Source of the DNA: a bacterium HR35
GTDB taxonomy: Bacteria > Patescibacteriota > Minisyncoccia > UBA6257 > HR35
Assembly (NCBI GenBank): GCA_002898235.1
Contig: BEIL01000001.1
Coordinates: 125,041 to 189,040 of the forward strand
Direction: 5' to 3'
DNA length: 64,000 nucleotides
Under the pieces are notes generated by a model. The model worked only from the letters and a program-made list of their open reading frames with translations. It was not told where the DNA came from and searched no databases. This document shows positions 10,461 to 19,246 of the stretch, piece after piece. A program made the translations under genes and the position numbers. Within the stretch, counting starts at the first letter, position 1; every line of letters begins with the position of its first letter.

Positions 10461-11461
10461 CGAACTTAAATTAGAAGTTCTCCAATTTTTGGAGAACTAT
10501 CTTTGAGTTAGAAGAAATTAAGAAAGAATATCAAGAGCTTAAAAATAAATTAGAAAATCCGGAATTTTGGGAGAAGGGAGATTTAGAAGTAATTGAAAGA
10601 TTATCTTATTTAGAAAAACTTTTAAAAGATTTTGAAAATCTAAAAAATATAAATGATTTGTTTTCTTTTCGCCAAACATTAAAAACTTTTAATCAAAATT
10701 ATGTTTTTAAAGAAAAATATGATGACAAAAGAACAATTCTTTCAATTTATTCAGGAGTTGGAGGTAAAGATGCCGAAGATTGGGTAAGAATTTTAGGAAG
10801 AATGTATGAAAAGTTTTTTGAAAAAATGAAATGGAATTATCTCTGGTTAGATGAAACTCGAAACGAAGAGGGTGGTTATAAATATATTAGTTTTCAAATT
10901 GAAGAAGAATTTTCTTATGGAATTTTAAAGTGGGAAAAAGGAGTTCATCGATTAGTTAGAATTTCACCTTTTTCTGCTAAAGGTTTAAGACATACTAGTT
11001 TTGCTTATGTTGAAATCTTACCTTTAATTGAAAAACCAGAATTTAAAATTAATGAAAATGATATTGAAATTCAAACTTTTCGTTCTGGAGGAAGAGGAGG
11101 TCAAAATGTTAATAAAGTTGAAACAGCTGTTAGAGTAATTTATAAGCCATTAAATTTAGTTGTTGTTTGTCAAAACGAAAGATACCAACACCGTAACAGA
11201 GAAATAGCTTTACAAATTTTATATTCAAAACTGCAAAACATTTTAGAAGAAAAACACAAGAAAGAATTAGAAGAAATAAAAGGAGAAAAAATAGAAATAG
11301 GGTGGGGAAATCAAATTCGCTCTTATATCTTTGACCCTTATAAGCTTGTTAAAGATTTAAAAAGTAAAAAGGAAACTAATAAACTTGACGAAGTATTAGA
11401 TGGCGAACTTTATTTAATTAATTTTTGGGGTCCGATTTTAAAAATTTATATGCTAAAATAG
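10450..11461 (+). CDS. prfB: Peptide chain release factor 2 with programmed +1 ribosomal frameshift (frame 0 runs 10450-10506 and ends at an in-frame TGA; the +1 frame runs 10505-11461)
   Basis: Frame 0 reads [18 protein letters not shown] then TGA. The slippery site UAU CUU UGA G matches the E. coli prfB site UAU CUU UGA C, with GGAG 6 nt upstream. The +1 frame continues into the RF2 body, which carries [17 protein letters not shown] (the GGQ motif). Confidence 0.9.
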
Positions 11462-11465
11462 TCTT

Positions 11466-12149
11466 ATGATTGTTTTTAAAAACGTCACCAAAATTTTTAA
11501 CGGTTATCTAAAAGCTGTTGATAATTTAAGCTTTGAAATCAAAAGCGGTGAGTTTGTTATTTTAATTGGCAAATCAGGAGCAGGGAAGACAACGGTTTTA
11601 AGGCTTATTAATAAAGAAATAGATCCGACTAGGGGGGAAATTTATTATAAAAATTTAAAAATTACCTATCTTTCTAGTGGCAAAAGAAGGGAATTAAGAA
11701 GAAAAATTATAACTGTCTTTCAAGATTTTAAACTTCTAAACAAAAAAACTGTTTATGAAAATCTAAGCTTACCTTTAGAAATTTTAGGTAAAAGTAAAAG
11801 AGAAATTGAAAAGGAAGTTTTAAGGGTAGCTGAAAAATTTAATTTAAAAGAAAAACTCGAGCAATTGGCTGAAACTTTATCTGGAGGAGAAAAACAAAAA
11901 GTAGTTTTAGCTAGAGGAATTCTTTACAATCCAGAAGTAATCTTAGCTGATGAGCCAACTGGAAATTTGGATCCTTTAAACAGTCTAGAAATAATCGAGA
12001 CTTTAAAAAAGCTGAATAATGAAGGGATAACAATTGTTTTAGCTACTCATAATCGAGAAGTAGTTAATCAATTAAAAACAAGGGTTATTACTCTTGAAAA
12101 TGGGCGAATTATTAAAGATGAAAATCCTGGAAGTTATACTTTAATCTAA
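11466..12149 (+). CDS. ftsE: Cell division ATP-binding protein FtsE
   Basis: ABC ATPase with Walker A GKSGAGKTT, signature LSGGEKQK and Walker B ILADEPTGNLD. It lies immediately upstream of ftsX. Confidence 0.85.
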   Translation: MIVFKNVTKIFNGYLKAVDNLSFEIKSGEFVILIGKSGAGKTTVLRLINKEIDPTRGEIYYKNLKITYLSSGKRRELRRKIITVFQDFKLLNKKTVYENLSLPLEILGKSKREIEKEVLRVAEKFNLKEKLEQLAETLSGGEKQKVVLARGILYNPEVILADEPTGNLDPLNSLEIIETLKKLNNEGITIVLATHNREVVNQLKTRVITLENGRIIKDENPGSYTLI

Positions 12150-12151
12150 TA

Positions 12152-13069
12152 ATGAGAAAGATTTTTAATATTTTTAAAAGAGGAATTATCGAAGGAAGTA
12201 ATTTGTTTGTTAATGAAGCTTCTTTGACTTTTATTAATATTATCACTACTTTAGTAATTGCTTTTAGCCTTTGGGGTTTAGTTTTTACTTTTTATTTTTC
12301 TAATAGTTTAAAAGATTATCTCCAAAATCGACTTGATTTTTCAATTTATTTTAAAAATAACATTACCTCAGAAGAAATTGAAAAAATTCAGAAAATTATT
12401 TCTTCTTTTCCTGGAGTTAAAAAAGTTACTTTAATTACTCAAGAAATGGCTTTTGAGAAACTTCAAAAAGAATCACAAGTTAATCCAGTTATCGAAAGAG
12501 CATTAAAAGAATTAAAGACCAATCCTTTGGTAGATTATTTAGTGGTTGAAGCTGAAAACAGTGAGGTTTATCTAAAAATTAGCGATTATCTTTTAAAATC
12601 TCCATTTAATAGTAAAATTGATTATTTAAGTTATTTTGAAAATAAAAAAATAATTGAAAGAGCTATTAGCTTTTCTAATAATTTAAAAATCTTAATGTTA
12701 GGAGTAATTCTAGTTGTCTGCCTTTTTTCTGTCTTAATAATTTTTAATACCATTTATATTTCTTTTTATTCTCTCAAAGAAGAAATTGAAATTTTACAAC
12801 TTTTAGGCGCTAGTAATTGGTTTATTCGTCTTCCTTTTCTTTTTTATGTTTTTTATTTTACCTTCGTTGGTTATGTATTATTTTTAGGACTTTTTATTAT
12901 TTTTTTAGAAAAAACTAAAAATTTTTGGTCATTAATTATTTCTAATTTCTCACCCTATTTCTTTGTTTTGGATAATTTTTTTCCCTTGAATTTTTATATT
13001 TTTAGTTTTATAATTTTATTAAACTTGATTAGTGCTTTTTTAGTCCTTCAAAAGTATTTTAAAGTATGA
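12152..13069 (+). CDS. ftsX: Cell division permease FtsX
   Basis: N-terminal TM helix, periplasmic domain and C-terminal 3-TM FtsX-like permease. Gene order is ftsE then ftsX. Confidence 0.75.
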   Translation: MRKIFNIFKRGIIEGSNLFVNEASLTFINIITTLVIAFSLWGLVFTFYFSNSLKDYLQNRLDFSIYFKNNITSEEIEKIQKIISSFPGVKKVTLITQEMAFEKLQKESQVNPVIERALKELKTNPLVDYLVVEAENSEVYLKISDYLLKSPFNSKIDYLSYFENKKIIERAISFSNNLKILMLGVILVVCLFSVLIIFNTIYISFYSLKEEIEILQLLGASNWFIRLPFLFYVFYFTFVGYVLFLGLFIIFLEKTKNFWSLIISNFSPYFFVLDNFFPLNFYIFSFIILLNLISAFLVLQKYFKV

Positions 13070-13653
13070 AGAAAAACCAAAGATTAATTGCTGAAATAAA
13101 AAAAGAAAGAACTTTAGTTTTAATCAAACCAGATGGTGTTGAAAGGGGTTTAATTGGAGAAATAATTTCTAGGTTTGAAAGGGCTGGCTTAAGAATAGTT
13201 GGTTTAGGCATTGTTAAACCAAATAAAAATTTGATTGATAAACATTATCCTAAAACAAAAGAATGGATAGAAAATTTAGGAAATAATTTACTTAAAACTG
13301 CTGAAGAACTAAAACTTAAAGTTGACTTAAAAAAAGATTACGGTGTCAGTAATGTTTATGAATTAGGTCTTAAAATTAGAGAGTGGTTAATTAATTTTAT
13401 GTGTTCTGGAGCAGTAGTTAAAATTGCTTTGGAAGGACCACATGCTATTTCAGTTGTTAGAAAACTAGTTGGAAAAACGATTCCTTATTTAGCTGAACCA
13501 GGAACAATTAGAGGTGACTATTCAATTGATTCTCCGTTATTAGCTAATTTAGAAAATAGACCTATTAAAAACTTAATTCACGCTTCTGGCAATAAAGAGG
13601 AAGCTGACTATGAATTAAAACTCTGGTTCAAAAAGGACGAATTAATTGATTAA
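13066..13653 (+). CDS. ndk: Nucleoside diphosphate kinase (long variant with insertions)
   Basis: ERTLVLIKPDGVERGLIGEIISRFE matches the NDK N-terminal block, and HAS in NLIHASG matches the conserved NDK catalytic-histidine motif (N-x-x-H-x-S). 195 aa versus the usual ~140. Confidence 0.8.
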   Translation: MKKNQRLIAEIKKERTLVLIKPDGVERGLIGEIISRFERAGLRIVGLGIVKPNKNLIDKHYPKTKEWIENLGNNLLKTAEELKLKVDLKKDYGVSNVYELGLKIREWLINFMCSGAVVKIALEGPHAISVVRKLVGKTIPYLAEPGTIRGDYSIDSPLLANLENRPIKNLIHASGNKEEADYELKLWFKKDELID

Positions 13654-13661
13654 AAATTTAA

Positions 13662-13862
13662 ATGGTTGTTCCTACTAAAAAACTTTCTCGCTCTCGTTCG
13701 AGAAAAAGAAGATATCAAAAAGAAAAAATAAAATCTCTTCAGCTTCAACCTTGTAAAAATTGTGGTTCTTTAGTTTTAGCTCATCGAGTTTGCCCTGATT
13801 GTGGTTATTATCGAGGGAGATTGGTTTTAACTCCAAAAACTAAACAAAAAGAAGAAAAATAG
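13662..13862 (+). CDS. rpmF: 50S ribosomal protein L32
   Basis: MVVPTKKLSRSRSRKRR plus a CxxC...CxxC zinc ribbon. 66 aa. Confidence 0.9.
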   Translation: MVVPTKKLSRSRSRKRRYQKEKIKSLQLQPCKNCGSLVLAHRVCPDCGYYRGRLVLTPKTKQKEEK

Positions 13863-14315
13863 ATGGCTACGAGACATCTCTCAAGAATAATTGTCCTTCA
13901 AACGCTTTATGAATGGAGTTTTTGGGGCTATCCTGAAAATAAATGGCAGCAAATTTTTGAAAGAAATTTAAAAGAATTCGGAGCTGATATTGAAGAAAAG
14001 GATTTTCCCAAAAAATTAATCGAAGGCATAATCCAGAACTTGAATTTTATTGACGAAGTGATTAAAAAATCATCAAAAAATTGGCCATTTGAACATATTC
14101 CTTTGATGGAAAAAAATATTCTTAGAATCGCTGTTTATGAAATTTATTTTCAAGATAAAAATGAAGTGCCTTTAAAAGTAGCTATTAATGAAGCTATTGA
14201 ATTGGCTAAAAATTTTATTACTGAACCATCGGCTAAGTTCATTAATGGAGTCTTAGGAACTGTTTATGAAAATTATCTCGCCGAACAAAATGCTAAAGAA
14301 ACTATTAAAAATTGA
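13863..14315 (+). CDS. nusB: Transcription antitermination factor NusB
   Basis: RHLSRIIVLQTLYEWSF N-terminal block and all-helical NusB fold. 150 aa. Confidence 0.85.
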   Translation: MATRHLSRIIVLQTLYEWSFWGYPENKWQQIFERNLKEFGADIEEKDFPKKLIEGIIQNLNFIDEVIKKSSKNWPFEHIPLMEKNILRIAVYEIYFQDKNEVPLKVAINEAIELAKNFITEPSAKFINGVLGTVYENYLAEQNAKETIKN

Positions 14316-15000
14316 AGAGATAGAAAAAATTTTTAATATAAAAATAAAAGATGAAAATATTTGGCTTGAAGCTTTAATTCATAAATCTTGGCTTTTTTAT
14401 CATCATCGTTCTGATTTGCCTAATAATGAAAAATTAGAATTCTTGGGTGATGCTATCTTGCAGATGTTTGTTAGTCTTTATCTTTATAAAAATTTCAAAG
14501 AATTGGATGAAGGAAAGCTTTCTCTTTTAAGGTCTAATTTAATTAATCGTCATCGCCTGGGTGATATTGCTCTTAAATTGAAATTGGACAAAATAATAAA
14601 TATTTCGCCAATTTTAGATAAAAAAGGAAAGTTAACTGTCTTGGGAGACTCATTAGAAGCTGTTATTGGAGCCCTTTATCTTGATCAAGGACCGGAAATT
14701 ACTCAAAAATTTATTCAAGAACATATTCTTCAAAATATAGAAGAAATAATTAAAAAAGGAGAAATTAAGGATCCGAAAACTTATTTTCAAGAAATCATTC
14801 AAAAAAAATATGGCTTTTTACCAGAATATAAAATTTTAGATATTAGCGGTCCAGCTCATCAAAGAAGATTTAAAGTTGGCATTTTTCTCAAAGATATAAA
14901 ATTAACCGAAGGAGAAGGCACTTCTAAGCAAGAAGCTGAATTCGAGGCAGCTTTGAAAGCTATAAAAAAGCTTGAAGAAAATAATTTTGAAGAATTTTAA
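14266..15000 (+). CDS. rnc: Ribonuclease III (a more likely start is the in-frame ATG at 14290)
   Basis: RNase III signature ERLEFLGDAIL and a C-terminal dsRBD. The track start overlaps nusB; the in-frame ATG at 14290 reduces the overlap. Confidence 0.9.
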   Translation: MKIISPNKMLKKLLKIEEIEKIFNIKIKDENIWLEALIHKSWLFYHHRSDLPNNEKLEFLGDAILQMFVSLYLYKNFKELDEGKLSLLRSNLINRHRLGDIALKLKLDKIINISPILDKKGKLTVLGDSLEAVIGALYLDQGPEITQKFIQEHILQNIEEIIKKGEIKDPKTYFQEIIQKKYGFLPEYKILDISGPAHQRRFKVGIFLKDIKLTEGEGTSKQEAEFEAALKAIKKLEENNFEEF

Positions 15001-16463
15001 ACATAATATTTTTTTCTTATTTCTTCTTCTTTAGCTTTTTCTATTTTTTCTATTGTTTCTTCAACTTCTTCGGCTAATTTTTTAAGCTCTTCTTCAGACA
15101 AATCTTTTAGTTCTTTAACTCTTTCAATTAAATATTCTTTTTTATTCTTTTCGGGATCATTAATTACTTCTTCTAATAATATTTTTAAAAGATAACCTAT
15201 CTTAGGACCTTGGGGAACGCCTAAATTCAAAATATCGTAACCATTAATAGCTAACATCTTAGGAGTAATTGGCTGAATTTTAACTTTTTCAATCAAATAA
15301 CGCAAATATCTTAAGCGATAAGGTTCGGCTTTGGGAACCCCAGAACCAATTCGATCAGCATGTCTTAATTTAAATAAATCTTCTAAATTTTCTTCGCCAA
15401 CTCTTCTGATAAACCTTCTAACAGCAGCTGGAGTCACTTTGTCAATTTCCAAATAAAACATATGATGTCTTACTAAATGAGTTACTTTTTTAATCAGAGA
15501 ATTGGGATAACGAAATCTTTCTAAAATTTTTTTAGTAATTTTAGCTCCGACAATTTCGTGATTATAAAAAGTTGCTTCTGGTCCTTCGCCTTTTTTGGTT
15601 AAAACTTTACCAATATCATGAAATAGAACCGCTAACCTTAGATGAAGTGGATAGTTTTTTTTAACGGCATATTCTAAAGATTTTAAAGAATGATAATAGA
15701 TATCATATTTATGATGTTTATTCTGAGAAACACCATAAGTTTGTTGAAGTTCTGGCAAAATTTCTTTTAAAATTCCAGTTTCTCTTAAAAGCTCTAAACC
15801 CTTAATAGCTTGTTTGCTCATAATAATCCTATTAAATTCATCTCTTATTCTTTCATAAGCAATATAATTGATAAGTTCGGAATTTTTTCTAATGGCTTCT
15901 AATGTTTTTTCTTCAATTTCAAAATTTAATTCGCAGGCTAGCCGAATAGCTCTCATCATCCTTAGAGCATCTTCATAAAATCTTTCTTCTGGATTGCCAA
16001 CAGCTCTTATTAACCTATTTTTAAGGTCTTTTAAACCTTCAAAAAGATCAATAATCTTCCCATTAAAATCCAAAGCTAAAGCATTAATAGTAAAATCTCT
16101 TCTTTTTAAATCATCTTCCAATTTAGAAGCAAAAACAACTTCTTGCGGATGTCGAAAATCAAAATAATCACTTTCAATTCTAAAAGTTGTTACTTCAATT
16201 ACTTTTAAAGTTTCATCATCGGAATTAGTTTTAATTCCAACTGTTCCAAAACGATTTTCATAAAAAGCAGATTCACCAAAAATTTTTAAAATTTCTTCTG
16301 GTTTGGCATCAGTAGTCAAATCCCAATCTTTTGGTTTTCGGTGAAGCAAAATATCTCGAACGCAACCGCCAACTAAATAAGCTTGATAACCATTAGCCAA
16401 AAGTTTTTTCCAAATAAATAAAACTTCCGAGGGTAGGGAAGAGATTTTTATTTTTTTTAACAT
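14997..16463 (-). CDS. cca: CCA-adding tRNA nucleotidyltransferase with HD domain
   Basis: Pol-beta NTase motif GGCVRDILL...DWDL and HD motif LFHDIGK. 488 aa. Confidence 0.85.
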   Translation of the reverse strand: MLKKIKISSLPSEVLFIWKKLLANGYQAYLVGGCVRDILLHRKPKDWDLTTDAKPEEILKIFGESAFYENRFGTVGIKTNSDDETLKVIEVTTFRIESDYFDFRHPQEVVFASKLEDDLKRRDFTINALALDFNGKIIDLFEGLKDLKNRLIRAVGNPEERFYEDALRMMRAIRLACELNFEIEEKTLEAIRKNSELINYIAYERIRDEFNRIIMSKQAIKGLELLRETGILKEILPELQQTYGVSQNKHHKYDIYYHSLKSLEYAVKKNYPLHLRLAVLFHDIGKVLTKKGEGPEATFYNHEIVGAKITKKILERFRYPNSLIKKVTHLVRHHMFYLEIDKVTPAAVRRFIRRVGEENLEDLFKLRHADRIGSGVPKAEPYRLRYLRYLIEKVKIQPITPKMLAINGYDILNLGVPQGPKIGYLLKILLEEVINDPEKNKKEYLIERVKELKDLSEEELKKLAEEVEETIEKIEKAKEEEIRKKYYV

Positions 16464-16476
16464 TTAAAATTAAAAG

Positions 16477-16547
16477 AGCGGGATACGGGAATCGAACCCG
16501 TGTCTCCACCATGGGAAGGTGGCGTTGGGCCACTCAACTAATCCCGC
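16477..16547 (-). tRNA. tRNA-Gly (anticodon CCC)
   Basis: Manual fold of the minus-strand sequence GCGGGAT-TA-GTTG..CAAC-G-CCACC-TTCCCAT-GGTGG-..ACGGG-TTCGATT-CCCGT-ATCCCGC-T gives a 7-bp acceptor stem, a TTCGATT T-loop and a CCC anticodon. No CCA is encoded. Confidence 0.85.
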
Positions 16548-16625
16548 TAAATTTTAAATTTTGACTATTTATATTATAAACCACTTTGAATTTTAGAAAA
16601 AGTTTATTAAAATTTAACGAAGAAA

Positions 16626-16994
16626 ATGAAAAAAATTATTGGATTTAATTTAATGGTTGATATTTTTCGAGTTGAAAAAAATTTTTTAGAGAAAAAATTT
16701 CTTTTAAGTTTGATTTCTAAACTGGTCCAATTAACAAAAACTCAACCAGTAGGCAGACCGATTATAAAAAAAATTAGCTCTTATAAGTATCCTTTTGTAG
16801 GTTACTCTTTAATTCAAATTATTCAAGAAAGTCATGTTGCCCTTCATACTTGGCCAGAGTATAATTATTTATCTTTAGATATTTTCTCCTGCAAAAAAAT
16901 TAATAAAGAAAAAATTTTATCTTTTTTAAAAGCAAGTTTAAATAAAGGAATAAAACTCAGAATAAAATTCTATCAAAGGATAGCTGAGATTTAA
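16626..16994 (+). CDS. speH: S-adenosylmethionine decarboxylase proenzyme (prokaryotic class 1, SpeH-type)
   Basis: ESHVALHTWPEYNYLSLDIFSC matches the SpeH self-processing and active-site block (ESHxSxHTWPE...D.FTC). About 120 aa is the typical size. Confidence 0.7.
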   Translation: MKKIIGFNLMVDIFRVEKNFLEKKFLLSLISKLVQLTKTQPVGRPIIKKISSYKYPFVGYSLIQIIQESHVALHTWPEYNYLSLDIFSCKKINKEKILSFLKASLNKGIKLRIKFYQRIAEI

Positions 16995-17022
16995 GTTCGT
17001 AAAAGAATTATTTTACGAACTT
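16993..17022. terminator. Bidirectional intrinsic terminator hairpin between convergent genes
   Basis: Perfect 12-bp stem AAGTTCGTAAAA / TTTTACGAACTT with a 6-nt loop. It sits exactly between the speH stop (16994) and the stop of the minus-strand gene ending at 17040. Confidence 0.55.
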
Positions 17023-17039
17023 ATTAATATCTCTTTTTC

Positions 17040-17402
17040 TTATTCTCCATTGTTTTCAGGAAATGGCAAGCGAAGAGGTGTGTAGGTTCCTGTAGGTCTT
17101 AAGATAACTCCACTTCTCGGAAATGGCTTAATTTCTCCTTCGCCTCGCAAACTTATAATAAAATTAGCAATCAAAGCTGGAACAAAAAAAGCAATAACTA
17201 AAAATACTAAAGCTAAAGCAATAAAAAAAACCATTTTATTAGTTTCTTCAATATTAGGACTTTTCGTCAGAATGTATTTAAAAACTCCTAAGTAAGTAAA
17301 TAAAAGACTAGCGCCAATAAAAAAAGCAGTAAAGAGAAATCTCAAAACATTATAAAGAACATCTGTTAAAGTAATTGAACTAGTTACTATTGTTTCAGTC
17401 AT
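17040..17402 (-). CDS. Hypothetical integral membrane protein (2-3 TM helices)
   Basis: Hydrophobic helices; no recognisable domain. Confidence 0.35.
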   Translation of the reverse strand: MTETIVTSSITLTDVLYNVLRFLFTAFFIGASLLFTYLGVFKYILTKSPNIEETNKMVFFIALALVFLVIAFFVPALIANFIISLRGEGEIKPFPRSGVILRPTGTYTPLRLPFPENNGE

Positions 17403-17437
17403 CGGTTTTCGATTATTTTATTTTAAAATGATAAGCG

Positions 17438-18823
17438 ATGCAAATAGAAAGGTGGAAAAAAGTTTATTTAATTGGAATTAAGGGCGTTGGGGTAGTAGCT
17501 TTAGCTAAAATTTTAAAAGGTTTGGGAATTGAAGTTGTTGGTTCTGATATTCAAGAAAAATTTTTTACTGATGAAGTTTTAAAAAAAGAAAAAATTAAAT
17601 ATTATGAAGGTTTTAATAAAGAAAATTTAAAAAAAGAATTGCCAGTTGATGCAGTTATTTCTTCGGTAGCTTTTCTTCTTCCCTCCTCTAATAATGAAGA
17701 AGTTGCTTATGCTAAAAAATTAAAAATACCTCTCTTATCATATCCCCAAGCTTTAGCTTTAATCTTCAATCAATCTTTTGGAATAGCTATTTGTGGTTCT
17801 CATGGAAAAAGCTCAACAACTGCTGTTTTAGGTAAAATTTTTCAAGATTTAGGTTATGATCCCACAGTTTTAGTTGGTTCAGAAGTTATTGAATGGCAAA
17901 GCAATTCTCGAGTAAGCAAAAATTTTCAAGAAAAAATTAAATTTTTAAAAGAAAATGAAGAAAAGCTAAAAAACTTGAGTTGGCTTAAAAAAAATTTAAA
18001 AAATTTACCCCTTTTTATTATTGAAGCCGATGAATATCGCGATGCTTTTTTAAATTACTTTCCTCGGATAATTATTATCACTAATGTAGATTACGACCAC
18101 CCAGATTATTTTAAAAATTATCAATCTTATTTAAAAAGTTATTTAAAATTCATTAAAAATCTAAAAGAACCAAAAATCTTAATTACTCATAAAAATTTTC
18201 CTTTTCAAAAAAATACCCTTCACCTAAAAGTCAAAAAAATAAACACAAACTTTCCTTTCCCTATTCCTGGAAAACATTTTCAACAAAATTTATCTCTTTT
18301 AAATTGCTTAAGAAAATTTTTGTCTCTTCCCTTCTCTAAATTTTTAAAATCATTAAAAAACTATAAAGGAATTCGCCGTCGTTTTGAAATTATTAAAAAA
18401 ACAAAAAGATTAACTTTTATTGATGACTATGCTCATCATCCAAATGAAGTTTTTAGTTTTTATCAAAGTTTAAAAATAAAATTTAAAAGATATAAAAAAA
18501 TTTTAATTTTTCAGCCCCATACTTTTACTCGCCTTCATTTTCTTTTTGATGAATTTTCAGAGATTTTTAAAAAAATAAAAAAGGATAAAAAGACTAAAGT
18601 TTTAATTTTAAAAACATTTCCTTCAGCTCGAGAAAAAGAAATTTTGATAAAAATTAAAAAACTAAAAACAGATAAAGAACTAGCAAAAAAATTAAATCTT
18701 GATTATTTTGAGAATTTTGAAGACTTAGCTAAGTTTTTAAAAGAAAAAATCAAAAAAGGAAGATGGGTTTTAGCCTCTATTGGAGCAGGTGATGTTTATA
18801 AAATTTTTGATTTTTTAAAGTAA
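17438..18823 (+). CDS. murC: Mur ligase, UDP-N-acetylmuramate--L-alanine ligase-like (MurC), with a lysine-rich degenerate C-terminus
   Basis: MurC N-terminal Rossmann block VYLIGIKGVGVVALAKIL..G..VVGSD and Mur ligase P-loop ICGSHGKSSTTA. Confidence 0.65.
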   Translation: MQIERWKKVYLIGIKGVGVVALAKILKGLGIEVVGSDIQEKFFTDEVLKKEKIKYYEGFNKENLKKELPVDAVISSVAFLLPSSNNEEVAYAKKLKIPLLSYPQALALIFNQSFGIAICGSHGKSSTTAVLGKIFQDLGYDPTVLVGSEVIEWQSNSRVSKNFQEKIKFLKENEEKLKNLSWLKKNLKNLPLFIIEADEYRDAFLNYFPRIIIITNVDYDHPDYFKNYQSYLKSYLKFIKNLKEPKILITHKNFPFQKNTLHLKVKKINTNFPFPIPGKHFQQNLSLLNCLRKFLSLPFSKFLKSLKNYKGIRRRFEIIKKTKRLTFIDDYAHHPNEVFSFYQSLKIKFKRYKKILIFQPHTFTRLHFLFDEFSEIFKKIKKDKKTKVLILKTFPSAREKEILIKIKKLKTDKELAKKLNLDYFENFEDLAKFLKEKIKKGRWVLASIGAGDVYKIFDFLK

Positions 18824-18835
18824 AATTTAATTAGG

Positions 18836-19246
18836 ATGATAAACATTCCGACTCCTAGACCATCAAAACCAGGAGTAGAAAAATTTATCAAAAGATATGA
18901 AAGTATTTATGGGGAAAAGCCTTCACCAGAGATTATTTCTCGAGAAGAAGCTAAAGAGAGAATTAAATTTACTTTAGAAAGATTAAAAGAGGAAATAGAA
19001 AAAAGTCCAGCTTTTGAAGAGGAAATTAAAATTCATGGAGCACCAAGTTCAGCTTCAGATTTATCGGATGTTTCTAATACTTTAGCTCAAGCCGTTCAAA
19101 TTGCTTTAGATGAAGGGGTAGATAAAGCTTTAAATTTTATCTTAGCTACCGGCAATCCATTTTTAGTCGATATGTTTCATGATGTGATTATTGAGCATTT
19201 TTTAGAAGCTTTGGTTAATCTTGGTAAAATAAAATTAATAACATAA
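18836..19246 (+). CDS. Hypothetical small soluble protein; first gene of a three-gene operon with the ATPase and RmuC genes downstream
   Basis: 136 aa with no recognisable motif. Its stop codon overlaps the ATG of the downstream ATPase gene. Confidence 0.35.
   Translation: MINIPTPRPSKPGVEKFIKRYESIYGEKPSPEIISREEAKERIKFTLERLKEEIEKSPAFEEEIKIHGAPSSASDLSDVSNTLAQAVQIALDEGVDKALNFILATGNPFLVDMFHDVIIEHFLEALVNLGKIKLIT

Noticed and set aside
10450-10510. Alternative genetic code (UGA read as Gly, as in Gracilibacteria/Absconditabacteria) as an explanation for in-frame stops
   Set aside because: prfB is present with its UGA-dependent frameshift site. Several genes, for example nusB, terminate at TGA. 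The in-frame stop in the recombinase is TAA, not TGA. The standard bacterial code applies.
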